A stretch of 46,477 bases of DNA from an uncultured Actinomycetota bacterium (GTDB lineage Bacteria; Actinomycetota; Nitriliruptoria; Nitriliruptorales; JAHWKO01): positions 1-46,477 of the forward strand of contig CAZHZQ010000003.1 of assembly GCA_964537235.1 (NCBI GenBank). Reading direction: 5' to 3'. Positions within the stretch are counted from its first letter, which is position 1, and every line of letters starts with the position of its first letter. The notes below the pieces were generated by a model, which saw only the letters and a program-made list of their open reading frames with translations, had not been told where the DNA came from and searched no databases. This document shows, piece by piece, positions 36,474 through 45,057 of the stretch. The position numbers and the translations under genes are program-made.

Positions 36474-38055
36474 AGTCCTCCGGGATCGGGTCCGCCTCAC
36501 GGATGCGGTCGGTCACCTCGTGGAAGTCATAGAGGCTGTGCTCGTTGTGGAAGACGTACGCGCGGTCCTCCAGCAGGTCCAGATCGGCATCGAAGTAGGT
36601 CTCGAAGATGGCTCGGAACGAGTTGACGGGCGTGATGTCCTCGTCGACCGGTGGGCGTTCGACCCCGGGCAGGTGGTAGGCGTTGAGGATCCGGAACTTC
36701 TCCAGGAGTTCGGCATCCGATGCCTCGGGCCAGACGAAGCGGTCCTCCTCGACCCGGTACCGGAGCGGGTGGGGTCCCTCGTCGGCCTGGATCACGACGA
36801 TGGGGTCGTCCTCGTCGGGACCGTCCAGGAGCCGCTGCACGATCGTGGACATGCGCTCGTTCGTGTAGGCCACCTGTCCGAGGAAATTGTCGGTGTGTGA
36901 CCGCTCGGCCTCCTCCTCGCGCGTGACCGTCCTGCCGTCGGCGTCGAACACGTACGGCTCGTGCGGGATGGTCAGGTGTGCGAAGACGAACCGCGGACGG
37001 ACCGGATCCTCCGCGGCGAGCTGCTCCAGCTTCTCGAACTGGTACAGCGTCGAGTTGCGCTTCAGGCTCCGGGTGTCTCCATCGCCCTCACGGCCCAGGA
37101 TCGCGCGGACGGCCGGGAGCGGTGTCGTGTGCACCAGGACCGTCGAGAACTCCGACGAGGTCCCGTACCGCAGGTTCACGTCGGCGATCGGTGAGGAGCC
37201 CGTGGCGTTCCACCACGTCCCGAGGTGGATGTAGCGGTACCCGCGATCCTTCAGGAAGCGCCCCACCGCGTGGTCGGAGAGCATCTCGTAGACGGGTTGC
37301 CAGCTGTTGCCGTCGATGTCGAACGGTCCGGACACCCGGTTGTGGTCGGCGAGGTGGTCGAGGTAACGCATGTTGAGGGACGCCGCGAGCGAGTGCGCGG
37401 TCTTCGGGTAGTTGGCGATGCTCCGGTCGGCCACCTCGAAACCCTGGTCCTCGAGGAAGCCGATGAACGCGTCGTTGTCCTGCCCGAACAGCTCCTCGAG
37501 GCTGTCCGCCCGCGGGTAGCGATCGAGGATGACGTAGAAGACGTCACGGTTCACCGGCGTGGCGGCGTGCACGCCCATGTCCGGGTCCGCGGCAGAGACC
37601 GGGCGGGTGTCGTCGGAGGACCCGACGATCCGCGGGACCAGTGGCAGGAAAGTCGTGACCAGCAGCACGGCCGTCACCAGGTTCACGGCGTTGGTGAGGT
37701 CGCCGAGGTGGTCGTCGACGACGATCGCCCCGGCCACCACACCCACGGCGAACAGCGACCAGAGGGTCAGCAGGATCCAGTGCTCGGCGATGACGCGGTT
37801 CACCACGTCCCAGACGTGCCCGTACGAGAGCATGAGGAACGCCAGTCCGGAGGCCACGACGGCGCCCCGCCGGTGGTCACGGAACGCCAGCGATGCGACG
37901 GCGAACAGCGCCGCGGTCGCGGCGACCGTCAAAACCAGTGGACCGACGACCGCTCCGAACGTGACCTCTCCGAGGTTCTGGGACCAGAGGAACAGCACCG
38001 GGAACGCGGCGACGAGCACGGGGTGGAACGCGTACCGTCTCGTCACGACGGTCAC
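36463..38055 (-). CDS. Membrane-bound sulfatase-like hydrolase/transferase (alkaline-phosphatase superfamily)
   Basis: About 5 N-terminal TM helices; DVFYVILDRY, NYPKTAHSLAASLNM, FVFAHLTIPHEPY, IVVIQADEG, ITPVNSFR. Confidence 0.75.
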   Translation of the reverse strand: MTVVTRRYAFHPVLVAAFPVLFLWSQNLGEVTFGAVVGPLVLTVAATAALFAVASLAFRDHRRGAVVASGLAFLMLSYGHVWDVVNRVIAEHWILLTLWSLFAVGVVAGAIVVDDHLGDLTNAVNLVTAVLLVTTFLPLVPRIVGSSDDTRPVSAADPDMGVHAATPVNRDVFYVILDRYPRADSLEELFGQDNDAFIGFLEDQGFEVADRSIANYPKTAHSLAASLNMRYLDHLADHNRVSGPFDIDGNSWQPVYEMLSDHAVGRFLKDRGYRYIHLGTWWNATGSSPIADVNLRYGTSSEFSTVLVHTTPLPAVRAILGREGDGDTRSLKRNSTLYQFEKLEQLAAEDPVRPRFVFAHLTIPHEPYVFDADGRTVTREEEAERSHTDNFLGQVAYTNERMSTIVQRLLDGPDEDDPIVVIQADEGPHPLRYRVEEDRFVWPEASDAELLEKFRILNAYHLPGVERPPVDEDITPVNSFRAIFETYFDADLDLLEDRAYVFHNEHSLYDFHEVTDRIREADPIPEDFRP

Positions 38056-39464
38056 CGCGCCCGGTAGTGGTAGAGCACCCGCGACGAGTCGCGCAGCGCG
38101 CGGTGGGCGACGGGTTGCAGGTGCCGGCCGAACGCGGCCTCGAAGCCCTCCCGGTGGTAACCGTCGAACACGTCCTCGCGGGTCGACAGCAGTTGGGCGA
38201 CCTTCGGATCGTCCTTGGGGACGAACTCGACGACGAGGTCCCTGCCCAGTTCGGCGAGGTGGGCGGCGACGCGGTCGAGCGGGACGTTGTTGCCGATCGC
38301 CAGGTGGTGGATGAGGGCCAGGGCCAGGACGGCGTCGACCGGTCCCCGCTCGGTGAGCGACCGCCGTTCGCGGTTCGCCCAGCCGATCGACGGGCTGGGG
38401 TTGGCCAGATCCAGGACCAGCGGCAGGACCGAGGTGGCACCGCGGTCCCGGACCGCGTGCCAGTGGCGCTCGACCGCGGCCTCGTCACCGTCGAAGGCCA
38501 CCACCTCGGCGCCCCGGTCGGCCGCCAGCCGGCTGAAGCGTCCGGTGTTCGCGCCGAGGTCCCAGACCGTCGACGGCCGGATGTCGTCCAGGTACGCGGC
38601 GACGGCTTCCTCCTTGTCGGACATCGCCTCGTCGCTGTAGTGGCCGGCCTCGGTGTAGTAGTCCGACCAGGTCGTGCGCCCCGGCTCCCAGCGGAGCCTG
38701 TCCACCGCTCCGCGGAGGCTGTCGATCAGGCCACGAAGGGCCTGCACCGACATGGTGCCCTGCCGGGGACCCTGGTCGGCGCCGTCCTCATCGCCGTCGT
38801 GGCGGCGTTCGGCGCGTGCCTGCAGGTGGATGTGCGTGAGCAGGGAGGGGCGCAGACGGGTGCGGAAGGGCAGCAGCCGGCTGGCGAGGTCGACCGGGAC
38901 GCCCTCGATGTCGGTGCGCTGGAGTCGGCCCAGGCGCACGTCGACGTGGACCATCAGCGCCAGCGGGGCCAGGAAGTGCCGGCAGAACTGCCGGTAGGCG
39001 ATCCACGGCTGTCCCTCGGGGAGCCGCTCGAACGAGAGCGTGTCGATCAGGACCGGCTGGCCGCGGTGGAACTGGATGTTGTACGCCGAGGCGTCACGCA
39101 GCGACATCCCGTGAGCCATCGCGATCTCCTGGACCCGGAGGGTCGCGAGGGCGGCATCGCGCAGCTGACCGGGGCACCACTCGTACGGGTACGAGATCGT
39201 GGTGAGCTGCTCGGGGCGCAGGACACGGTGCGCGTCGGCCGGGGCGGGGGAGAGGTCGGTGGCGACCTCCTGGTGCGGGATCAGCAGGCCGGCACCGGTG
39301 AGGGCCTCGTACAGACCGGAGCTGTTCAGGAGGTCGTAGTCCTCGGCGAAGCTGCGGTCGACGTGCCGCAGGACGATCCCGTCGTGGACGAAGACGAACC
39401 CGGCCGGATCGCGGAACGAGCCGGCGTCCGAAGCGGCCTCCCGCCCCGTCGTCGGCGAGGTCAC
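38052..39464 (-). CDS. Class I SAM-dependent methyltransferase, NoeA-like
   Basis: SFRDPAG, ISYPYEW, LRDASAYNIQF, IDTLSF, WSDYY, VWDLGANTG, LALALIHHL, VEFVPKDD; GTG start at 39464. Confidence 0.82.
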   Translation of the reverse strand: MTSPTTGREAASDAGSFRDPAGFVFVHDGIVLRHVDRSFAEDYDLLNSSGLYEALTGAGLLIPHQEVATDLSPAPADAHRVLRPEQLTTISYPYEWCPGQLRDAALATLRVQEIAMAHGMSLRDASAYNIQFHRGQPVLIDTLSFERLPEGQPWIAYRQFCRHFLAPLALMVHVDVRLGRLQRTDIEGVPVDLASRLLPFRTRLRPSLLTHIHLQARAERRHDGDEDGADQGPRQGTMSVQALRGLIDSLRGAVDRLRWEPGRTTWSDYYTEAGHYSDEAMSDKEEAVAAYLDDIRPSTVWDLGANTGRFSRLAADRGAEVVAFDGDEAAVERHWHAVRDRGATSVLPLVLDLANPSPSIGWANRERRSLTERGPVDAVLALALIHHLAIGNNVPLDRVAAHLAELGRDLVVEFVPKDDPKVAQLLSTREDVFDGYHREGFEAAFGRHLQPVAHRALRDSSRVLYHYRAR

Positions 39465-39706
39465 GGCGCCTCGTGCTCGGGCGTCTTGGCCTCTTCCCTC
39501 TCGGTTGCGGACCCGGTGAACATGTCCTTGAGACGCCGCCAGTAGGTCTTCAGGGTCAGTCCGGCGGCCATCGCGAAGGCGATCAGGGCCTGGAACACGA
39601 ACGAGGTGGAGCCGGGGTCGACGTACGCGGAGGCCGTCGGGATGACCAGCGTCCAGGCGCCCAGCGCCAGGAACGCGGTCCACAGGATCCGTGAACGTGT
39701 ACTCAT
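39461..39706 (-). CDS. Small membrane protein with AYVDPGS motif (81 aa)
   Basis: Signal-like N-terminus ending ASA, then YVDPGSTS, a TM helix and a basic YWRRLK; GGAG RBS; GTGA overlap with the methyltransferase start. Confidence 0.75.
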   Translation of the reverse strand: MSTRSRILWTAFLALGAWTLVIPTASAYVDPGSTSFVFQALIAFAMAAGLTLKTYWRRLKDMFTGSATEREEAKTPEHEAP

Positions 39707-39804
39707 CTGGGGCTCCATCCGGGACAGGGAGGTCGGGGCGACGGGGAGGTGAGTGTGACCTGCCCCATCGTAACGCAGACGAGACGACGTATCCTGATGC
39801 ACGA

Positions 39805-39888
39805 GCCCCCCTGGCGGAGTAGGCAGACGCGAGGGTCTCAAAAATCCTTGCCCGAGAGGGCGTGTGGGTTCGAATCCCACGGGGGGCA
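39805..39888 (+). tRNA. tRNA-Leu (anticodon CAA)
   Basis: Acceptor GCCCCCC/GGGGGGC + discriminator A; anticodon arm AGGGT-CTCAAAA-ATCCT; long variable arm GCCC-GAGA-GGGC; T arm GTGGG-TTCGAAT-CCCAC; CCA not encoded. Confidence 0.95.
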
Positions 39889-39935
39889 CACCGGTCTGGA
39901 AGGCTGAACGCTCGGCGTTTCGCCGCCCCGGGCGC

Positions 39936-40322
39936 GTGGGCTACCCTCGGCGCGGTGAGAACCGAGCAGATCCACGGTTCCGCGACCGCTACTCCCCGGG
40001 GGGCACGCTCACGGCTCGCTCACGCGACGCAGAGAAGGTCCGCGAGCGCCTGACCGACGTGCAGGACCGTCTACGGCGCTCGCGGGCGAACCTGCGCGTG
40101 CTGGAGGAGCAGGTCGCCTACCTGGGTGAGCTGGCCGACGAGGCCGAGACCCGCAAGCTGGTCTCCGGGACACCGCTGGCGGACCGCGAGTGGCAACGGG
40201 CCAGGACCGACCACGAGCGGCACGCCCGACTCCGTGACGAGACCCGCGAAGAGATCGACGAACTCGAACAGGAACGCGACCGGCTGCTCGATCGGCTGCT
40301 CGAGGTGGAAGGGACGAGGTGA
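39936..40322 (+). CDS. Coiled-coil hypothetical protein (start uncertain)
   Basis: Heptad-like LRVLEEQVAYL..ADEA..LVSGTPLADRE..LEQERDRLLDRL; stop overlaps the response regulator start. Confidence 0.6.
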   Translation: MGYPRRGENRADPRFRDRYSPGGTLTARSRDAEKVRERLTDVQDRLRRSRANLRVLEEQVAYLGELADEAETRKLVSGTPLADREWQRARTDHERHARLRDETREEIDELEQERDRLLDRLLEVEGTR

Positions 40323-40996
40323 GCGACGAGAACGAGGCCGAGGCGGGCTTCCAGCCCGACCGGTCTCCGGACGACGTCCGTCGGGCGCAGACCGGCGACG
40401 CCCGCCCCACGCGCGTCCTGATCGCCGAGGACGAGGCGCTGATCCGTCTCGATCTGAAGGAGATGCTCGAGGAGGAGGGCTTCGAGGTCGTCGCCGAGGT
40501 CGCCGACGGCGCGTCCGCGGTGCGTCTCACACGCGAGCTCAAGCCGGATCTGGCGATCCTCGACATCAAGATGCCCGTCATGGACGGGATCCAGGCGGCC
40601 GAGGAGATCGCCGGCGAGCGGTTGTCGGCGGTCCTGATCCTCACCGCGTTCAGCCAGCGGGACCTCGTCGAGAAGGCTCGCCGGGCCGGTGCCATGGCCT
40701 ACCTGGTCAAGCCCTTCCAGAAGCACGACCTGCTCCCCGCGGTCGAGATCGCGGCGGGTCGGTTCCGGGAGATGTCCGGCCTGGAGGACCAGGTCGACGA
40801 CCTCCAGGGCCGTCTCGAGGCCCGCAAGCTCGTCGAACGCGCCAAGGGGATCCTGCAGGACACGCAGGGCATGACCGAGGCCGAGGCCTTCCGCTGGATC
40901 CAGCAGCAGGCGATGCAGCGCCGCGAGACCATGAAGGCGATCGCGGAGCGCATCCTGGACGAGTTCGAGGAGGAGGGCACGGACGCCGAGGTCTGA
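40319..40996 (+). CDS. pdtaR: REC-ANTAR response regulator (PdtaR-like)
   Basis: VLIAEDEALIRLDLKEML, ILDIKMPVMDG, LTAFSQ, YLVKPF; ANTAR RKLVERAKGIL..EAFRWIQ..AM. Confidence 0.9.
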   Translation: MSDENEAEAGFQPDRSPDDVRRAQTGDARPTRVLIAEDEALIRLDLKEMLEEEGFEVVAEVADGASAVRLTRELKPDLAILDIKMPVMDGIQAAEEIAGERLSAVLILTAFSQRDLVEKARRAGAMAYLVKPFQKHDLLPAVEIAAGRFREMSGLEDQVDDLQGRLEARKLVERAKGILQDTQGMTEAEAFRWIQQQAMQRRETMKAIAERILDEFEEEGTDAEV

Positions 40997-41086
40997 CCGC
41001 CGATCGTGTGGCTCCTACCGCGGTCGTAGACGTGGCGGGTCCACGCACCTAGCATGCTCACGATCCACCCCGACCTGGAGAAGCCC

Positions 41087-41920
41087 ATGCGTTCCCTGGA
41101 GCAGTTCCGTTTGCTGGCCCTCGTGGCCGTCCTGGCGTTGGCCCTCGCCGCCTGCGGCGGTGACGGTGACGGTGGGGACGACGCGGCCACCCCCGGTGAC
41201 GGCGATGCCGCTGCCGAGCTCGGCCTCGTCAAGGAGGGGGTGCTGACGGTCTGCACCGACGCTCCCTACCCGCCGATGGAGTTCGAGCAGGACGGCGAGT
41301 TCACCGGCTTCGACATCGAGCTGATGCGTGCCATCGCCCAGGAGATGGGCCTCGACGGCATCGAGGTGGTGAACAGCGGCTTCGAGCCGATCACCAGCGG
41401 CGCGGTGTTCGCGTCGGACCAGTGCGACGTCGCGGCCGCGTCGATCACGATCACGGAGCAACGTGAGGAGAGCGTCGACTTCACGGACCCGTACTTCCAG
41501 GCCGACCAGTCGCTGCTGGTGAAGTCGGACTCGGGCTTCCAGTCTCTCGAGGACCTGGCGGGCGAGCGCCTCGGCGTGCAGGCCGGCACGACCGGTGAGG
41601 CCTACGCCCAGGACAACAAGCCCGAGACCACCGAGATCGTCTCCTTCGACAACCCCGGCGACATCTTCACCGCGCTCGAAGCGGGCGACATCGCCGGTGT
41701 CCTGCAGGACATCGTCGTGAACCAGGGCCGCACCTTCGAGGACGACACCGTCGAGGTCGTGGAGACGTTCCGGACCGACGAGCAGTACGGTTTCGCGACC
41801 GCTGAGGAAGGCGGCGACGCCGTCCTCGAAGCGATCAACGAGGCGCTCGCGACCGTCCAGGGCGACGGGACCTATGACGACATCTACGACGACTTCTTCC
41901 CGGGGAGCAGCCCGGAGTAG
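41087..41920 (+). CDS. Polar amino-acid ABC transporter substrate-binding lipoprotein
   Basis: Lipobox LAAC; DAPYPPMEF, GFDIEL, ITITEQR..VDFTDPYF, GVQAGTTG; ATG 41087 after GGAG (ORF open from 41054). Confidence 0.92.
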   Translation: MRSLEQFRLLALVAVLALALAACGGDGDGGDDAATPGDGDAAAELGLVKEGVLTVCTDAPYPPMEFEQDGEFTGFDIELMRAIAQEMGLDGIEVVNSGFEPITSGAVFASDQCDVAAASITITEQREESVDFTDPYFQADQSLLVKSDSGFQSLEDLAGERLGVQAGTTGEAYAQDNKPETTEIVSFDNPGDIFTALEAGDIAGVLQDIVVNQGRTFEDDTVEVVETFRTDEQYGFATAEEGGDAVLEAINEALATVQGDGTYDDIYDDFFPGSSPE

Positions 41921-41932
41921 CTCGTCCAGCAG

Positions 41933-41976
41933 GGAACGAGGGGAGGGGACCCGCGTAGGGTCCCCTCCGTCGTTCC
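41933..41976 (+). terminator. GC-rich stem-loop after the SBP gene (partial terminator or mRNA-stabilising hairpin)
   Basis: GGAGGGGACCC-GCGTA-GGGTCCCCTCC (11 bp) extended by GGAACGA/TCGTTCC; no U-tract. Confidence 0.6.
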
Positions 41977-41995
41977 TCCGACGGGAGGCACCACC

Positions 41996-42781
41996 GTGAC
42001 ACGACGGCAACGACAGCTCGCCATCCAGTCGGTCATGTACGCACTGTTCATCGCGGGCGTCGTCGTGATCGTCGTCGTCCCCGACTGGTCGCGTATCCAG
42101 CGCGGGTTCGCGAACCTCGAGGTCGCCCGCAGCATGTTCCCCGAGGTCGTCACGATCGCCGCGAAGAACACCGTCCTCTACACGGCCACGTCCTTCGTGT
42201 TCGGGCTGGTATTCGGTCTGATGCTCGCGCTGATGAAGCTGTCGAGCATCCGCCCGTACCGGTGGCTGGCGGCCACGTACATCGAGATCTTCCGTGCCCT
42301 GCCCGCCCTGGTGACGATCTTCCTCGTCGGTTTTGCCGTGCCGATCCTGTTCGAGGTCAACGTGCCCGGTGGCTTCCTCGGCAAGGTGACGCTCGGGCTC
42401 GGGATCGTGGCTGCCGCCTACATGGCCGAGACGATCCGTGCCGGGATCGAGGCGGTCCCGAAGGGGCAGATGGAGGCGGCACGGTCGCTGGGGATGAGCC
42501 ACGGCCGGGCCATGGCGTCGATCATCATCCCGCAGGCGTTCCGGATCATCATCCCCCCGCTGACCAACGAGCTCGTGCTGCTGATCAAGGACACCTCGCT
42601 GGTGTTCGTGCTCGGGTTCACGCTCCAGAGCAAGGAGCTGTTCAAGTTCGGTCGTGACGTGATGTCCGAGCGGTTCAACGGGACCCCGTTGATCGTCATC
42701 GCGGTCATGTACCTCGTGATCACCCTGCCCATGACCAGGCTGGTGGCGCAGCTCGAGAAGCGAACGGCGCGGGCCCGATGA
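41996..42781 (+). CDS. Polar amino-acid ABC transporter permease
   Basis: [50 protein letters not shown]. Confidence 0.93.
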   Translation: MTRRQRQLAIQSVMYALFIAGVVVIVVVPDWSRIQRGFANLEVARSMFPEVVTIAAKNTVLYTATSFVFGLVFGLMLALMKLSSIRPYRWLAATYIEIFRALPALVTIFLVGFAVPILFEVNVPGGFLGKVTLGLGIVAAAYMAETIRAGIEAVPKGQMEAARSLGMSHGRAMASIIIPQAFRIIIPPLTNELVLLIKDTSLVFVLGFTLQSKELFKFGRDVMSERFNGTPLIVIAVMYLVITLPMTRLVAQLEKRTARAR

Positions 42782-43554
42782 CCGACCCGACGAGGTCAGC
42801 GACACGTGCCGACGAGCACGCGATCGACATCGTCGACCTCCACAAGTCGTTCGGTGATCTGGAGGTGCTCCGCGGGATCGACTTCTCCGTGGAGCACGGC
42901 GAGGTCGTCTGCATCATCGGTCCGTCCGGATCGGGGAAGTCGACGCTGTTGCGTTGTGTCAACCGGCTGGAGGAGCCCAACTCGGGACGGATCGTCGTCG
43001 AGGGGACCGACATCACCGATCCCGACGTGAACCTGAACGCGGTCCGGCGCAAGATCGGGTTCGTGTTCCAGGCGTTCAACCTGTTCCCCCACCTGACGGT
43101 CAGGGGGAACCTGACGATCGCGCAGCGCAAGGTGCTGAAGCGGTCCGAGGAGGAGGCCGAGGAGGTCGCGCGGCGGATGCTCTCGCGGGTCGATCTGTCC
43201 GAGAAGTTCGATGCCTACCCGAACCACCTGTCCGGCGGGCAGCAGCAGCGGGTCGCGATCGCGCGGGCCCTCTGCATGGACCCCGACATGATGCTGTTCG
43301 ACGAGGTCACCAGCGCACTGGACCCGGAACTGGTGGGTGAGGTCCTGGAGGTCATGCGCAACCTCGCGGAGGAGGGCATGACCATGCTGGTCGTGACCCA
43401 CGAGATGGGCTTCGCGCGGGCGGTCGCCGACCGGGTGGTCTTCATGGACGAGGGCGTGATCGTCGAGCAGGGCCCGCCGTCACAGGTGATCGTGGAGCCC
43501 GAGGAGGAGCGGACCCGCACGTTCCTGTCGATGGTCCTCGACCGCATGGCCTGA
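42778..43554 (+). CDS. Polar amino-acid ABC transporter ATP-binding protein (GlnQ-like)
   Basis: [53 protein letters not shown]. Confidence 0.95.
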   Translation: MTDPTRSATRADEHAIDIVDLHKSFGDLEVLRGIDFSVEHGEVVCIIGPSGSGKSTLLRCVNRLEEPNSGRIVVEGTDITDPDVNLNAVRRKIGFVFQAFNLFPHLTVRGNLTIAQRKVLKRSEEEAEEVARRMLSRVDLSEKFDAYPNHLSGGQQQRVAIARALCMDPDMMLFDEVTSALDPELVGEVLEVMRNLAEEGMTMLVVTHEMGFARAVADRVVFMDEGVIVEQGPPSQVIVEPEEERTRTFLSMVLDRMA

Positions 43555-43558
43555 CCCA

Positions 43559-43625
43559 CCTGCGATCGTGAACGCCTGCGATCGTGAACGCCTGCGGCAA
43601 CATATTGCCGTATCCGTTCACGATC
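43559..43625. terminator. Hairpin between convergent genes with a duplicated left arm (possible bidirectional terminator or REP-like element)
   Basis: GATCGTGAACG (43580-43590) pairs with CGTTCACGATC (43615-43625); inner TGCGGCAA-CATA-TTGCCGTA; 16-bp direct repeat CCTGCGATCGTGAACG x2 at 43559-43590. Confidence 0.6.
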
Positions 43626-44916
43626 CGGTGGGCGCGGCGGTGCGGGCGGCGGGCACCGCGACCGTGTCCGGCTCCCGGCGACGACGGAGGAGGTACCAGA
43701 CGATGACGGCCAGACCGGCCGCCCGAACCAGCGCCAGTCCCTGGGCGACGCGCAGGAGCCAGACCGAGTCGTCATCACTCGGGGCGAAGGTGAGCCAGTT
43801 GGCGGCGTTGACCACGTCGACGAACAGGACGTGGCGCCAGGGCACGTGGGAGAACACCGCCAGCGGCAGCAGCCACAGGATGTACTGCGGCGAGAACACC
43901 TTGCTGATGAGGACGAACGCGATCGCCAGGAGCAGGGCCGCGTCGACCGGCGGGACATCGCCCACATCGACCCGGTACGCCACGTACAGGATCCCCCCGA
44001 TCAGGGTCAGGCCCGCGAGCACGGCGCCCAACTCGTACAGGCTGCCGTCGAAGAGCGGACCGCCGATCCACCGCTGACCCAGGTCCTGGAACGCCCCGAC
44101 GTGGCTGTCCACGTTGGCAGCCCGCTGGAGATGGAACGATATCGATCGCCACCAGTTGGAGGGATCGATCAGCAGGGCCGGCACCTGGAAGGCGACCCAC
44201 GTCCCGGTGGCGACGCCGACGGCACGCATGTCGATCCGCCGGACCACGTCTCGCCATGTCGGGATCCCCTCCCAGCGGGGTGGTCGCCAGTCCCGTGACC
44301 AGGGACCGACCGCGACCAGGATCACCAGCACCGCCGGCCACCACTTGAAGACCGCCCCGACGGCGAACACCGCAGCGGCCAGGCGAGGGCGCCTCCACAC
44401 GGCGGCGAGCACCCCCAGCACCACGATGCTCGCGGGCCACAGATCCCAGTTGTGGAACGCGAACACGAGCAACCCGGGGGCCAACACGAACCCGAGCAGC
44501 CGGGTCCGCGCCCGGTCCTGCCGATCGAGGATCCGGTCCGACGCCCACACGATCGCGGCGGCACTGAGCGCCAGGGTCGCGGCCGTCAGGAGGAAGTAGA
44601 GCCGGCGAGAGTCGCTCAGCAGAGCCAGCAGGTACGACCCGAAAGCGACCCCGGGCGGGTACTCGAACGTCCACTCGGGCACGAACAGGTTGTCGGGCGG
44701 TTCCGAGTAGGGGACGAAGTCCGCGTTCAGGCCCCGCAGGTGGTAGAGCTTGATGACGTCCGAGTAGCAGTACCCGGTTCGTTGCCAGAACGGGGCGTCG
44801 TCAACGCCGAGCGAGTGGTTGCTGAGGCACGGAAGGGTGGACAGCAGCGCCAGCCCGAGGACGATGACGAGCAGTGCCCACACGACCCACGCCCGTGTCC
44901 CCCGTTCGGACCGCAC
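43618..44916 (-). CDS. GT87-like (GT-C fold) polytopic glycosyltransferase
   Basis: CYSDVIKLY..RGL, FEYPP, NWDL, G.VFKWWP, KVFSPQYILWLLPL; many TM helices. Confidence 0.85.
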   Translation of the reverse strand: MRSERGTRAWVVWALLVIVLGLALLSTLPCLSNHSLGVDDAPFWQRTGYCYSDVIKLYHLRGLNADFVPYSEPPDNLFVPEWTFEYPPGVAFGSYLLALLSDSRRLYFLLTAATLALSAAAIVWASDRILDRQDRARTRLLGFVLAPGLLVFAFHNWDLWPASIVVLGVLAAVWRRPRLAAAVFAVGAVFKWWPAVLVILVAVGPWSRDWRPPRWEGIPTWRDVVRRIDMRAVGVATGTWVAFQVPALLIDPSNWWRSISFHLQRAANVDSHVGAFQDLGQRWIGGPLFDGSLYELGAVLAGLTLIGGILYVAYRVDVGDVPPVDAALLLAIAFVLISKVFSPQYILWLLPLAVFSHVPWRHVLFVDVVNAANWLTFAPSDDDSVWLLRVAQGLALVRAAGLAVIVWYLLRRRREPDTVAVPAARTAAPTGS

Positions 44917-44949
44917 CGGTCAGAACGTCCCGACGTCGATGACGTGGGG

Positions 44950-44979
44950 GCTCGTCGACACGGAGCTCGTCGACACGGA
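44950..44979. repeat. 15-bp direct repeat x2 in the divergent GT87/polA intergenic region
   Basis: GCTCGTCGACACGGA twice in tandem. Confidence 0.8.
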
Positions 44980-45057
44980 GCGGACCTCCTGCGGTGGGTG
45001 TCAGGGGGGCAGCCTACGCTCTGGGGAGACGCGACCGTCACCCACCTCGGAGCCCCC

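Noticed and set aside
39805-39900. tRNA-Leu as the integration site of a genomic island or prophage
   Set aside because: No integrase, no duplicated tRNA 3' end seen, and downstream genes (pdtaR, ABC transporter, polA) look like core genes.
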